A stretch of DNA of 63,738 bases, the filler included, from Octopus bimaculoides (Eukaryota), in assembly GCF_001194135.2 (NCBI RefSeq). It is 8 parts of 7 records of this genome, joined end to end, with 100 filler letters (N's around TTAATTAATTAA, not from the genome) between each part and the next. Parts side by side here need not be neighbours in the genome. Positions count along the whole stretch, not along the records: positions 6,718 to 28,318 come from NC_068987.1; positions 28,419 to 33,474 come from NC_068999.1; positions 33,575 to 38,121 come from NC_068981.1; 5 more parts are not named here. One strand, 5' to 3'. A program made the position numbers and the translations under genes. Below the pieces are notes generated by a model, which saw only the letters and a program-made list of their open reading frames with translations, was not told the DNA's origin and searched no databases. Below are positions 23,915-35,085 of this stretch, in pieces (the stretch's first letter is position 1; every line of letters begins with the position of its first letter).

Positions 23915-26033
23915 CCGTGTTTCCCAAAGTTTTCATGCCAAATTGTAATATCGCCCATCTATCAGCCAAAAAATGCTCCATCGCCCACCTGTATAATAAA
24001 AATCCTGACAGAATCCCACTAACATAAGATCCCTCCACCCCCGTATCATTTCACACACTATATTGTAGACTCATTGCCTTGTTAGGGCCATTTGTACTAA
24101 ATATGTGGTTGGTTACAAATCCTTTCTTGTGGGTTTAGTTTTGCCATTAGTGTCAATGAAATTCTAACATTAGCTCTATATTTTTCAGACAGCTTAACTT
24201 CTGGAAACTTGTGCTTTCTTTTACAGTGATTTTCATTTTCCCCAAATGAACCATTGATCAGAACTACCAATGCAAAAATAATTAATGATTGTATTATAAA
24301 GGAAAAGAATAAAACTTTTAATGAGAACCATCTGTCTGATACAATGCAGCTAGTGCAGATACATTCGGTTTCAAACTTGTTAACTTTAGCTACAAGTCTT
24401 CTCGTTGTATCAGATCCAGTCCAATTTTTTAATGGGAAAGTTCCAACATGGTTAAAACCAGATTCAACTAGTTATGAGGTAGGGAATGCAAGCAAAAGTA
24501 ATTTCAGATGTTTCCACAGACTGGGGTGGGAATTAAAAAAACTCTGATGGTACCACAAACCTTCTTTGCCATTACGGTGATATTGCATTGTGGCGTCATT
24601 GTCATTTTGTAATTCTGTCAATTCCTCCTGAACATCATCCTTGCAATTGACTGCATCGACCTCAGATGGATTACTATACCAGTTTGGAATATTCAGCACA
24701 ATACCATCTTGAAATCGCTTCACCATGTTATCGTGCAATGATTGTAAATAGTTGCGATATGTAGTTAAATCCTTATCAACTAATTCATCTTTCAAAGAAT
24801 CAAGTCATGGAAATAGATAAAACTGACATTTTGAAATGTTAGTCTTTTACAACACCAATTTCGAAATGAAGGTAGTGATAAATGATTTACAATCAACAAG
24901 AGTTTTTGTGTTTCCTTGCAATAACTTATTCAAATCATTTAATTTTGTGAATGTATCACTTTTGCTCAGTTGCAAAAAGTATGATAACGGCTTGTCCTTC
25001 TTGTCAGAATACTTTGCATCAAAGTGGTACTTCAAGTATGAAGGTTTCATTGCTTCATTGGTCAATGTTTGATGCAAAGAAGGCACATTGGGAACTGACA
25101 GTTCTGAGGAGAGGGAATAAATCCAAACAATAAATAACCACTATTGTACTGTTGACAAATTTTCTTGACTGGAGGCATCAGTTAAGTGAAAATGTGAAAA
25201 CAAATTTCTACAAACAGAGTCAGAAAAGCAGTATGGTATTCCCAAAGAGCAGAAGAATTCAATAGAGCAGAGTCAGATGACATGTCTTTACTGGAATAAA
25301 TACAGATCTAGTTCGTTTGGCTGCCAGTATTTCAAAAGTTTATCACAAATTTTAAAATTTGGCACATTAATGTACCTTTCCAAGCTAAATTGCTGGAGTT
25401 ATTCCAGAAAAATGTTTTTAAAAAGTTATAGTGATCTAAAGTTTGATAATATTCACCCAGTCAAAAAATACGATTTCAAAGTTGTCATTTTGTGTGTGAC
25501 TGCACATTTTGTCAACTTCCTGAAAATAGCACTTGTGTTTTGATATGAAATCACAGAATTACACACGACATATAACCCCTCATGACTTTTTTTATTTTTC
25601 GGAGTCTTCAGGAAACTTTTGCAAATTTGAATTTTACACATGGGACTTCATACGATTATGCCAAAAATAAAAATAATTTGTAGTGGAGTGTGATTTAAGG
25701 CCTAGGCCTATTTGGCTGCTATTTTTAGCATGCATGACGACCATCTCAATGACTGCGACAAAAATATTCGATCGATAAACAAGTCTGTGTTTTTAATACA
25801 AAGGACATTTCATGTGAGTAGTCAAATCAATAAAAGTGCATCCTTATTCTAGGCCTGCCTAGATATCAGTAAATGCAGACTTAATTTCTAAACATTAATT
25901 GTCACCTACAAAATGTTCATATTGCCTGCCAAAATCTCAAATTGTCCACCATTTTCTAGAAATTCGCCCATTGCCCACCTGTAAGTTGAAATCACCCACT
26001 GGTGGGCAATATCGCCCACTTTGGGAAACTATG
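23915..26033 (-). mobile_element. hAT (Buster/Charlie-type) transposon, internally deleted
   Basis: TIRs c(c/a)gtgtttcccaaagt / actttgggaaactatg. NEAMKPSYLKYH (N-terminus), LQGN, and LLLAFPTS*LVESGF (hAT dimerisation domain). Confidence 0.85.
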
Positions 26034-26349
26034 GTTTAATTGATTAAATAAACCCTAGTACTTTATTTTATCACCTCTGCTAGGATAAAATGTGAAGGTG
26101 ACCTAGCCAGGATATGTATGAATGAATTGAGAATGTGTTTTGTTTGTACTGGGTTAAATTCTTTTTATGGTTATGACTTAATCGAGGTCTGCTGATCAAT
26201 GAATTGTGTAGCATTAAGCTGATATATGTATATATATTTTTTTTCTGTAGACACTCTGAATAAAGATAAGTTTCTTTGATATAATTCTGACTAATAGCTT
26301 ATAAAGACTTACAGCAATTATAGACAAGTGTTATGTCAGTTCACGATAT

Positions 26350-26515
26350 TCATCATCATCATCATTGTTTAACATCTGCCTTCCATGCTGGCATGGGTTG
26401 GATGGTTTGACAGGAGTCGGCCTGGTGGGAGCCTGCACCAGACTTCTATGTGTGTTTTGACAGGGTTTTTTATGGCTGGATGCCCTTCCTAACACCAACC
26501 AACTAGCAGAGTGGT
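26350..26515 (+). mobile_element. RTE-tail-type short repeat (catcatcat..tttaacatctgc..ggctggatgcccttcctaac)
   Basis: Recurs at about 26965-27060, 27675-27895, 38990-39225 (-), 43590-43810 and 44440-44830. Confidence 0.7.
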
Positions 26516-26771
26516 ATTCTATTTAAATATAAACATGAAGAATAGTTTGGACACATATTGATTCCTGGGTGATTCTTTCAAGATGCACTGCACAAAAACA
26601 ACTTACAAGCTTAAATCATGTCTGTCCATGACCAAAAAAGCTATAGGATATCCTAGAGCAGCCATGTGACATGTATATCATCAGTTTGCTCTACTGAGCT
26701 TAGATCTATGTGTAGAATAACTTGGAAATGAATTTAGCTGATACAGTGAATTTAAAGTTGAAAACATTTTG

Positions 26772-26935
26772 GATAGTGCAGGTGTGGCTATGTGATAAAA
26801 AGCTTGCTTCCCAACCACATAGTTTTGAGTTCAGTCCCACTGTATGGCACCTTGGTCGAGTGTCTTCTACTATAGCCCCAGATTTGGTTGACAGAAAATG
26901 AAAGAAGCTTGTTGTGTATCTATGTGTGTGTGTAT
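26772..26935 (+). mobile_element. SINE family A 5' part, CpG-decayed
   Basis: gtgcaggtgtggctatgtg..ccttggtcgagtgtcttctactatagcc. Confidence 0.8.
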
Positions 26936-28318
26936 GTAGATATATATATACTAGGTTCCATAGTCTGTTCTGGCTTGGTTTCTACAGCTGGATGTGCCCA
27001 TCCTAACACCAACCACTTTACAGAGTGTACTGGGTGCTTTTTATGTAGCACTAGCACGATGTCTTTTTATGTGGTACCTGGGTTTTTGGATCTCAGTTTT
27101 GTTGTAGTGGGTAGGTCTTCTTAAGTACAACAATGCACCACATATTTTAGTCCTCTGTCATCTTCATAAAGCTCAACATTTTGAGATTGGTCTTCAATAC
27201 TTCGTCCCAACAAAAGATACTTTGGTATATAACATTGCTTTCCACAGTTAACAATCATAAAATTTTAATTGGTTATATTTGATTTCCATGTTAGATACAC
27301 TGCCTTTGTTTTACTTAGATTTTAAAAATAATAACAAATGTAGTAAAATAACTTCGTCATTATTAAGCTGATGTTTGGAATTTAAATTAAGAAATTTCTG
27401 GAAGGTTTTGATAGAGAACACTTAAAAACACATTAAGCTTGTATCTGATATCTAAGAGCAGTCTCAAAAGAATTAAAAGGGGGAAAACAAATTCCTGTGA
27501 AGTTAGTTAAGTAATGGCTATGAATACTTGAGTGAAACCATTCTCCACATGTGCTCATAATACATAATTTTTGTGATTGCTTTTCCAAACCAGCCAGGAA
27601 TTTGCATTTCACAAATTTTCGGAAACTTGTAGAAATAAATAGTTCTCATATCTGTATTTTAGGTACATGATAATGCATCATCATCGCCAAGATCATTTAA
27701 AATACAGGTTCCATGCTGGCTTGGATTTGACAGTTTGATAAGAACCACATGGAGTTTGATGACTGCATCATGCTCCAGTGTCTGCTTTGGCATGGTTTCT
27801 ATGGCTGGATGGCCTTCCTAACAACAACCACTTTACAACATGTACTGGGTGCATTTTTTTCTTGGCATCAGCACTAGTTATGTCACCATGCAATTGTGTA
27901 TAAATAATATGGTCAGATTTTTGTGTAGTTTCAGGTTCTTGTGTCTTTCTTTGAAAGTGTGTGTAATTAGCAAGAATTGAAGTAGGGTTACTGTTTCACA
28001 AATCACAAATTGGCATAAAAGTAATTGAACCAGAACTTTTCCGTAACACTGGAAAATGATTTAATTGCCCCTTGGTAGGTTTTGTGACCCACCTTTCTTG
28101 GAAAATAAATAAACGAAAGGAAACGAAACCAAAATTGTGAACTGATCATTATATTTTCTTGTGGAAAAAAACCAAAAGAAAACAGTTATTCTAGTATACT
28201 TGCACACATGTATGTATTAGAGTAGAATATCTGATATAATATACACACATATGTATCTCTCTCTCTCTCTCTCTTTCTCTCTCTATCTATCTATCTATAT
28301 ATATATATATATATATAT

Positions 28319-28418
28319 NNNNNNNNNNNNNNNNNNNNNNNNNNNNNNNNNNNNNNNNNNNNTTAATTAATTAANNNNNNNNNNNNNNNNNNNNNNNNNN
28401 NNNNNNNNNNNNNNNNNN
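28319..28418. other. Artificial scaffold linker
   Basis: 44 N + TTAATTAATTAA + 44 N. Confidence 0.95.
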
Positions 28419-28969
28419 ATATACATATATACATATATACATACATATACATATATATATATATATATATATACATATATGTATATATACATGTATATGT
28501 ATAAATATATTTATATATATCTATATGTATGTATATACACACACGCACATATATACATATGCATCTATGTATACGTATGCATGTATATATATGTGTATGT
28601 ATACATACACACGCATACAGATATATGTGTGTGGATATATATATGTAGATATGTGTATTTATATATTCTATTGTGAATGCTTGTGTATGGACGCGCATGC
28701 ATCAGCCCAGATGTAACGAATATGCATATGCATATAAATATAAATAACTGTCTGTCTGTCTGTCTGTCTCTCCTTCCTCTCTCTCTCTCTATATATAGAC
28801 AGAAAGATTGCTAGATAGATACATACGTGTATATATATATATTAACTGAAACGCTCGCGCGTCTAAGAGATTAGGAGTAGGGGTATGTGTCTGCATGCTT
28901 GTGTGTCTGTGTTTGTACGGAGTGTGAATGTTGTCGGTGTTTAAATAGTGTTTAAAACGATCTGCTCAC

Positions 28970-29063
28970 CTGTTTGGTTGAGAATACCGTTTGCCTTGAG
29001 CAACAGAAGGAATGCATAAGTAGACAAGGTGAACTGCAGCAAACCTTCCACACTGGCCGACAT
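28970..29063 (-). CDS. Candidate first coding exon with a signal-peptide-like sequence (MSASVEGLLQFTLSTYAFLLLLKANGILNQT-G)
   Basis: CCAAC-ATG start context, hydrophobic core, phase-1 donor CAG|GTGAGC, CpG-retaining neighbourhood and an upstream (CT)n tract. No downstream exon is visible in this segment. Confidence 0.5.
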
Positions 29064-29159
29064 GTTGGGTGGGAAGTTTTTCAGTGAACAGCTCCTGTAA
29101 TATGACAGTGGGAGAGGTGACAGGCATCTTGTTGTAGGCACGAAGGGAGGGACGGTTAG

Positions 29160-29186
29160 TATGGAGAGAAAGAACGAGAGAATAGC

Positions 29187-29265
<79 letters not shown>

Positions 29266-29341
29266 TAAGAGAGAGATAGAGAGAGTGAGAGAGGGGAGAG
29301 AAAGGAACAGGGAAAGAGAGAAAAAAGGAAAGAGAGTAAGA

Positions 29342-29391
<50 letters not shown>

Positions 29392-29430
29392 TAGATAGAT
29401 AGAGAGATAGAGAGAGAGAGAGAGATTTGG
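29160..29430. repeat. (GA)n-rich tract
   Basis: Direct reading. Confidence 0.95.
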
Positions 29431-29529
29431 ATAAATAGACAAATATATAGAAAGAGGGGCTGATGCATAGCTGCTCATACATACAAGCACGAACACATAT
29501 CTACATATATGTATATATCTGTTATCTTT

Positions 29530-29748
29530 AATCTTTTATATTTTTCTTCTTGTATCAGACCTTTGATTGCCGCCATGCAGGGGCACCGCCTTGAAGGATA
29601 TTTTGGTCGAATGAATCGACTCCGGTATCTACTTTTTAAAAAAATCGCGGTACTTATTCTATAGGTCTCTTTTTGCCGAACTACTAAGTTACGAGGGCAC
29701 AAACAAACCAACACCGGTTGTCAAGCTGTGGTGGGGCAAACACAAATA

Positions 29749-29840
<92 letters not shown>

Positions 29841-29960
29841 AAACCACTTACAAGACTTCGGTCGGCTCGAGGCTATAGTAGAAAATATTTGTCCAAGGTG
29901 CTACGCAGTGAGACCGAACTCGGAACCAAGCGGTTGGGAAGCAAACTTCTGACTACACTG
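29530..29960 (-). mobile_element. SINE family A with a long central (CA)n
   Basis: Similarity to family A. Confidence 0.85.
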
Positions 29961-29974
29961 TCGTATATATTACA

Positions 29975-30175
29975 TAGTTGAAATTTATATATAAAGAAAA
30001 AAAACAAAAGACGAAGACAGGTGTAGGAACAACAAGCAAGTGTATTTGACGCTCGTGAAAAATGAAAAAGTCTTTTACGTTTCGAGCCTACGCTCTTCAA
30101 CGGAAATGAATAAGAGGAAATAAACAGAGAGAGAATGAGAGAAGCATATAGAGAAGCGGTCCAGCATGGCGAATA
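29975..30175 (-). mobile_element. Penelope-type pLTR remnant (copy 1 of a family also at 39310-39490)
   Basis: The two copies align along their length, and each contains a hammerhead fold and ends at a TA-rich run. Confidence 0.65.
30072..30107 (-). ncRNA. Minimal type I hammerhead motif with variant core (CCGUUGA)
   Basis: ttt-CCGTTGA-a-gagc(gtag)gctc-GAAA-cg-T-A-aaa. Confidence 0.6.
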
Positions 30176-30449
30176 CACACACACACACATGATGAAATAT
30201 AATGCAGACAAGAATACTGTCTTGGAAACGGCTGCAATCTCGTTTTCCGAAAGCAAGATGAGGAAATTTTTTGTTATCATTTTCTCTAGCTGTCCTCCAT
30301 AAAATCCTCGGCACCTTTATCACTATCATCACCAGAACTGCGTTGCACTGTATCCAGTAAAACTCTAAGAGGTTTCCTCTCCCATGTACAACCAATCACT
30401 GAGTCTCATTGAATGTGCTGTAGTTTCTACTTATTCGGCTGGAATAAAT

Positions 30450-31430
30450 TTAGCATAAAGACGCAAAGTAGCGAGGATAAAGATGTGCGTCTGCCTGTTT
30501 ATTTTAAACAAGCTCTTGTACGGTAGAAAGTGTACATTTCCAGCTTGGCAAACTTCAGTATTAACCAGCTTTTGAGTTCACTGGGTAGCTTGGTAGATTG
30601 TTTAAAAGAGTAATGTTTTACTAAAAAATACTATATCTAGCACTTTACTTTTCTACAGCGAGGCAAAAATTGTTTGTAAAACACTTCTCGAAAAAGAACT
30701 TAGTCTTTTGTGCCTTCTTATTTGAACGCCAAATCAGAGGTAGGTTAAAATGTGTCTAACCCTTGAAAGTACTTGGATTTTCGGAGCGATGCACGAACAG
30801 AAGAATCCTTCATATCTCCAACAGCATTTCCTTCCAGAAGTGTCAGGTAATTTTCTGAAGCTTTAAATCCCAATGTCTCTTTTCTCGAGAAATAAATAAC
30901 ATTTCTAGTAGTCATGAGATTCTAGAAAAGTGCAGTGTCATCAACATTGTATACTTGCTCTTGTGCATGGCCTTCTTTAGCAATCATTTTTGCAGCTGCT
31001 CAAGATAATTAATCGTAGCGTCTGTATCAGCAGTGGTAGATTCACCAGTCGTTTTTATGCTGTGTAAATTCAAGTGTTTCGTTAAATGTTTGAAACCAGC
31101 CTTTACTAGACGAAAAAGGTTTTTCATTAGAAGTCTCACCTACTTGCTTCTGTAAAACGTCATACAAACTTTTGGCATTATATTTTATATACCATCGCGT
31201 TTACCGCCCCATTATGTCAAGTCTGATTCTCAACCCATAAATCAATTTTAAGCATCCCATTAGATCTATAAAAAATAAGGTCCAAGCAGTTAACAGATTA
31301 ACTTCTTGATGAGATGACTGAATATTTTCTCAACTACCATTTAACTGTTGCCACTGCAGACGTTGCAGATTTTAATGTTTTGGCAACGTGAGTAATTTTT
31401 TTCAGCCTCAGGCCTTTTTAAAATATTAAA
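30450..31430 (-). mobile_element. pogo/Tigger transposase remnant
   Basis: SSKGWFQTF, LNLHSIKTTGES, VYNVDDTALF, FKASENYLTLL..GNAVGDMK, with frameshifts. Confidence 0.85.
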
Positions 31431-31442
31431 GTTAATATCCAT

Positions 31443-31625
31443 TCAGAAAGCGCGAAAACCACTCGTAAATTATTTTGCTCATGGCAGCGTCCTTGTAAGC
31501 TGTTTAAAGCATGACAATTGTTTCGGCTTCCTTTTTTCCCTGCAGAAAACAGAATTTCACGGAAGCACGCTGTTCCTTCGTTTCAGCCATTGCAAAAATC
31601 GACGAACATGAGAGAAGCACTGCAA
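31443..31625 (-). mobile_element. Mariner 5' fragment (first HTH)
   Basis: EQRASVKFCFLQGK..TAYKDAAMSK..YEWFSRF. Confidence 0.8.
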
Positions 31626-31815
31626 AACAAGGTTTTATATATATATATATACATATATGTTGCGGGGTGTAGGTGTATATGCATGTTGAGTGTGTGTATA
31701 TAAATGATTATCTTCAGATCTTGTTTGATTCACTCGTCGATATTCCATGTTCTTACTGTTAACTTGTTTGTTTTTCTACATTTGGTAGGTTTTTTTTGTA
31801 CTTTCATCTGCAACA

Positions 31816-31865
<50 letters not shown>

Positions 31866-32434
31866 CTTCTTCTCTCTCTTTCTTCCCCTCTCTCTCCGCC
31901 TCCTTCTCTCTCACACACACAATTATCAAAGAACTAATTCCAGTGTTTAATTAAATGTTCGATTGTTTACTTTCACTTACAGAACGGATATGGACTTTAA
32001 CTTCATTTAGTTTTAATTTAACATCAGTCATCAAATAGGAGCTAACAAAATAACAGAAGAAAAAGAAGACGAAGAAAAAGAAGAACAAGAAGACGAAGAA
32101 GAAAAAGAAAAGGAAGAAGAAAAAGAAGAAAAAGAAGGTAGTGGTGGGAAGGAGGAGGAGAAGGAAAAGAAAAAGTAGCAAATGGAAATAACATCTTATT
32201 TTTCGACTCTTAATTCAAATTGACACTTTTATTTTCTTTAACTCTAATTACCTATCTACTAATCAGCTTTATTTTCTCAGCTACTGTTCAAGACTATTTG
32301 ATCTTACCTGAAACTAGCCAACTTCCCCTAAGATTATCCGATCTTGCTTTGATATAAACTGACACCTCCACTCAAAAAAGTCTTTTTTTTTTTTACCTGA
32401 GATTACCCAAATACCACACCTGACGTCTTTTTAA

Positions 32435-32862
32435 AGTGTCTGGCTCAAGAACACAACACACAACCGGTCCAGGAATCGAACTCACTGCCTCATGATTGTG
32501 AATTCATTGCTCTAACCACCGAGCCATGTGCCTTCACAAGTGAAGGTGCATGTCTTTGTGGTTAGAGTATTCGGCGTACGAGCGTAAAGTATTGAGTTCA
32601 ATTCCCAGCGACGCGTTGTGTCCTTGAGCAAGACATTTTATTTCACGTTGCTCCAGTCCACTCAGCTGGCAAAACTAAGTAGCACTCCTATATCAAAGGG
32701 CCAGTCTTGTCACATTCTGTGTCACGCTGAATCTCTCTGAGGACTACGTTAAAGGTACACGTGTCTGTGGAGTACGCAGCCACTTGCACGTTGATTCCAC
32801 GAGCAGGTTGTTCCGTTGATCGTATTAACTGGAACCTTCGTCGTCGTAAGCGACGGAGTACC
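32435..32862. mobile_element. Two SINE family C elements head to head (32435-32537 minus, 32540-32862 plus)
   Basis: The junction is ccttcac-aa-gtgaagg and both heads carry tRNA-like A/B boxes. Confidence 0.85.
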
Positions 32863-33021
32863 ATTTTTTGTTTAATTTTTTTTTGCCTAAATTAGAAGCA
32901 GTTAATAAAATAGGGGTAAATTAATATCTGGCGGCGCAGGGACTAATATTTGTCAGTTTTGGGATCAATGGAACTGGTAGACAAAGCTGAAATTGTTTTA
33001 TATACATATATGCGCGCGTGT

Positions 33022-33076
<55 letters not shown>

Positions 33077-33077
<1 letters not shown>

Positions 33078-33260
33078 AAACAGCAAGAAAACAAAGACTG
33101 AAGATTTTCAGACGATGAATATTAAAATATAAATATATAGATGTTTATGTATTGATAGATCAAACTTACACAGAGTACAAACGGCAGAGAAAATTCAAGC
33201 GGAGGAAGTAAGGTGTTTTAAGTCCAACAGCTGTTTCTGGCGATTCTGAGATTCATTACA
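33077..33260 (-). mobile_element. Penelope-type pLTR 3' remnant with the 3' half of a hammerhead
   Basis: Minus strand GAAA-cagctg-T-T-ggac, followed by a T-rich tail ending at (CA)n. Confidence 0.5.
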
Positions 33261-33413
33261 ACAACGTTGGTAGATGTAGTTCACTAAAATATGCAGCACA
33301 TAATTGAAGCAAATAACTATTGGAAAAATCGAGCCTCCGACACCAGGGGGAGTGGTTTTCATGATCTGAAATGCGAGATGTTTTCTACCCTGATGACTAT
33401 ATATATAATATAT

Positions 33414-33474
<61 letters not shown>

Positions 33475-33574
33475 NNNNNNNNNNNNNNNNNNNNNNNNNN
33501 NNNNNNNNNNNNNNNNNNTTAATTAATTAANNNNNNNNNNNNNNNNNNNNNNNNNNNNNNNNNNNNNNNNNNNN
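33475..33574. other. Artificial scaffold linker
   Basis: 44 N + TTAATTAATTAA + 44 N. Confidence 0.95.
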
Positions 33575-34436
33575 TTTAAAGAATATGGCTAGGAACGAGG
33601 AAGATATGTTTGAATTTTTGGAAATAAGGCTCTAAATAGAGCTATTTCCGATTTGAAAAATATATGTTCACGAAGTATTTTGTGTTATACACAATTTATA
33701 CAAAATTTTAAAACAAAATAGGTCTTTTAAGAGGTGAAAAATGCAACTTACATGGGAGCCGATGTGTCTACCGTCCGTCCATGATGATAGAGATAGATAG
33801 ATAGATAGACAGATAGATAGATAGATAGATAGATGGATAGGTAGACAAATGTCTTGTGTGCGTGTATATATGTTTGTAACAGACTATTTTCTACTCTTGT
33901 TTGTCTTCATGGCATCTGGAGCAATTCCTTGAAAGTCTCGAGGAGACCAATACATTGTGCTTCAAATTTGGAAAACAGAAAGTTTGGTTACGAATCCCGC
34001 CTGTATATATTATATAAGTACATGCATATGTATATAGGTGTGTATACATGGTCTCGGTGGCAGATAATTATATTACATATCTATAGGCGCTGACACGTTT
34101 CGGAGTGCAGGGATGGATATTCTTGCACACGTTTAGTTATATAATATAACTCAAGGGAAGAGTACAGGAAAATGTTCCCGAATGACTTTGATAGTCTGTA
34201 ATCCTATTCTTATTGACCCCGTTTTTTTTTTCAGGTTTGAGAAACTCATCTTCTAACAATTAGTACTGAGACAGCCTGTCTTTTATAAAAGAATCACAAA
34301 AAAAATTATATCTATATATCTTTATTCATGCATGTATGTATGTGTGTATATATGTATGTGTACATACATATATGTATGCATGTATGTCTCTCTTCTCTCT
34401 CACTATATATACATACTTACATACATACATATATAA

Positions 34437-34500
<64 letters not shown>

Positions 34501-34513
34501 ACACACACACACA

Positions 34514-34561
<48 letters not shown>

Positions 34562-35042
34562 AGGAATATTCGGATAGAATTGGGCTTGCTAAATCTAGGC
34601 CGAAACAGCTGTAAGATTAAACTTNNNNNNNNNNNNNNNNNNNNNNNNNNNNNNNNNNNNNNNNNNNNNNNNNNNNNNNNNNNNNNNNNNNNNNNNNNNN
34701 NNNNNNNNNNNNNNNNNNNNNNNNNNNNNNNNNNNNNNNNNNNNNNNNNNNNNNNNNNNNNNNNNNNNNNNNNNNNNNNNNNNNNNNNNNNNNNNNNNNN
34801 NNNNNNNNNNNNNNNNNNNNNNNNNNNNNNNNNNNNNNNNNNNNNNNNNNNNNNNNNNNNNNNNNNNNNNNNNNNNNNNNNNNNNNNNNNNNNNNNNNNN
34901 NNNNNNNNNNNNNNNNNNNNNNNNNNNNNNNNNNNNNNNNNNNNNNNNNNNNNNNNNNNNNNNNNNNNNNNNNNNNNNNNNNNNNNNNNNNNNNNNNNNN
35001 NNNNNNNNNNNNNNNNNNNNNNNNNNNNNNNNNNNNNNNNNN

Positions 35043-35084
<42 letters not shown>

Positions 35085-35085
<1 letters not shown>

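Noticed and set aside
6337-33782. Inward-facing GGACGGACGGTAGAC termini as ends of one 27-kb transposon
   Set aside because: They lie in different linker-separated segments and their internal sequences differ.
34234-34290. Strong plus-strand acceptor (ttttttttttcag|gtttgag)
   Set aside because: All three frames stop within 10 codons and no donor follows.
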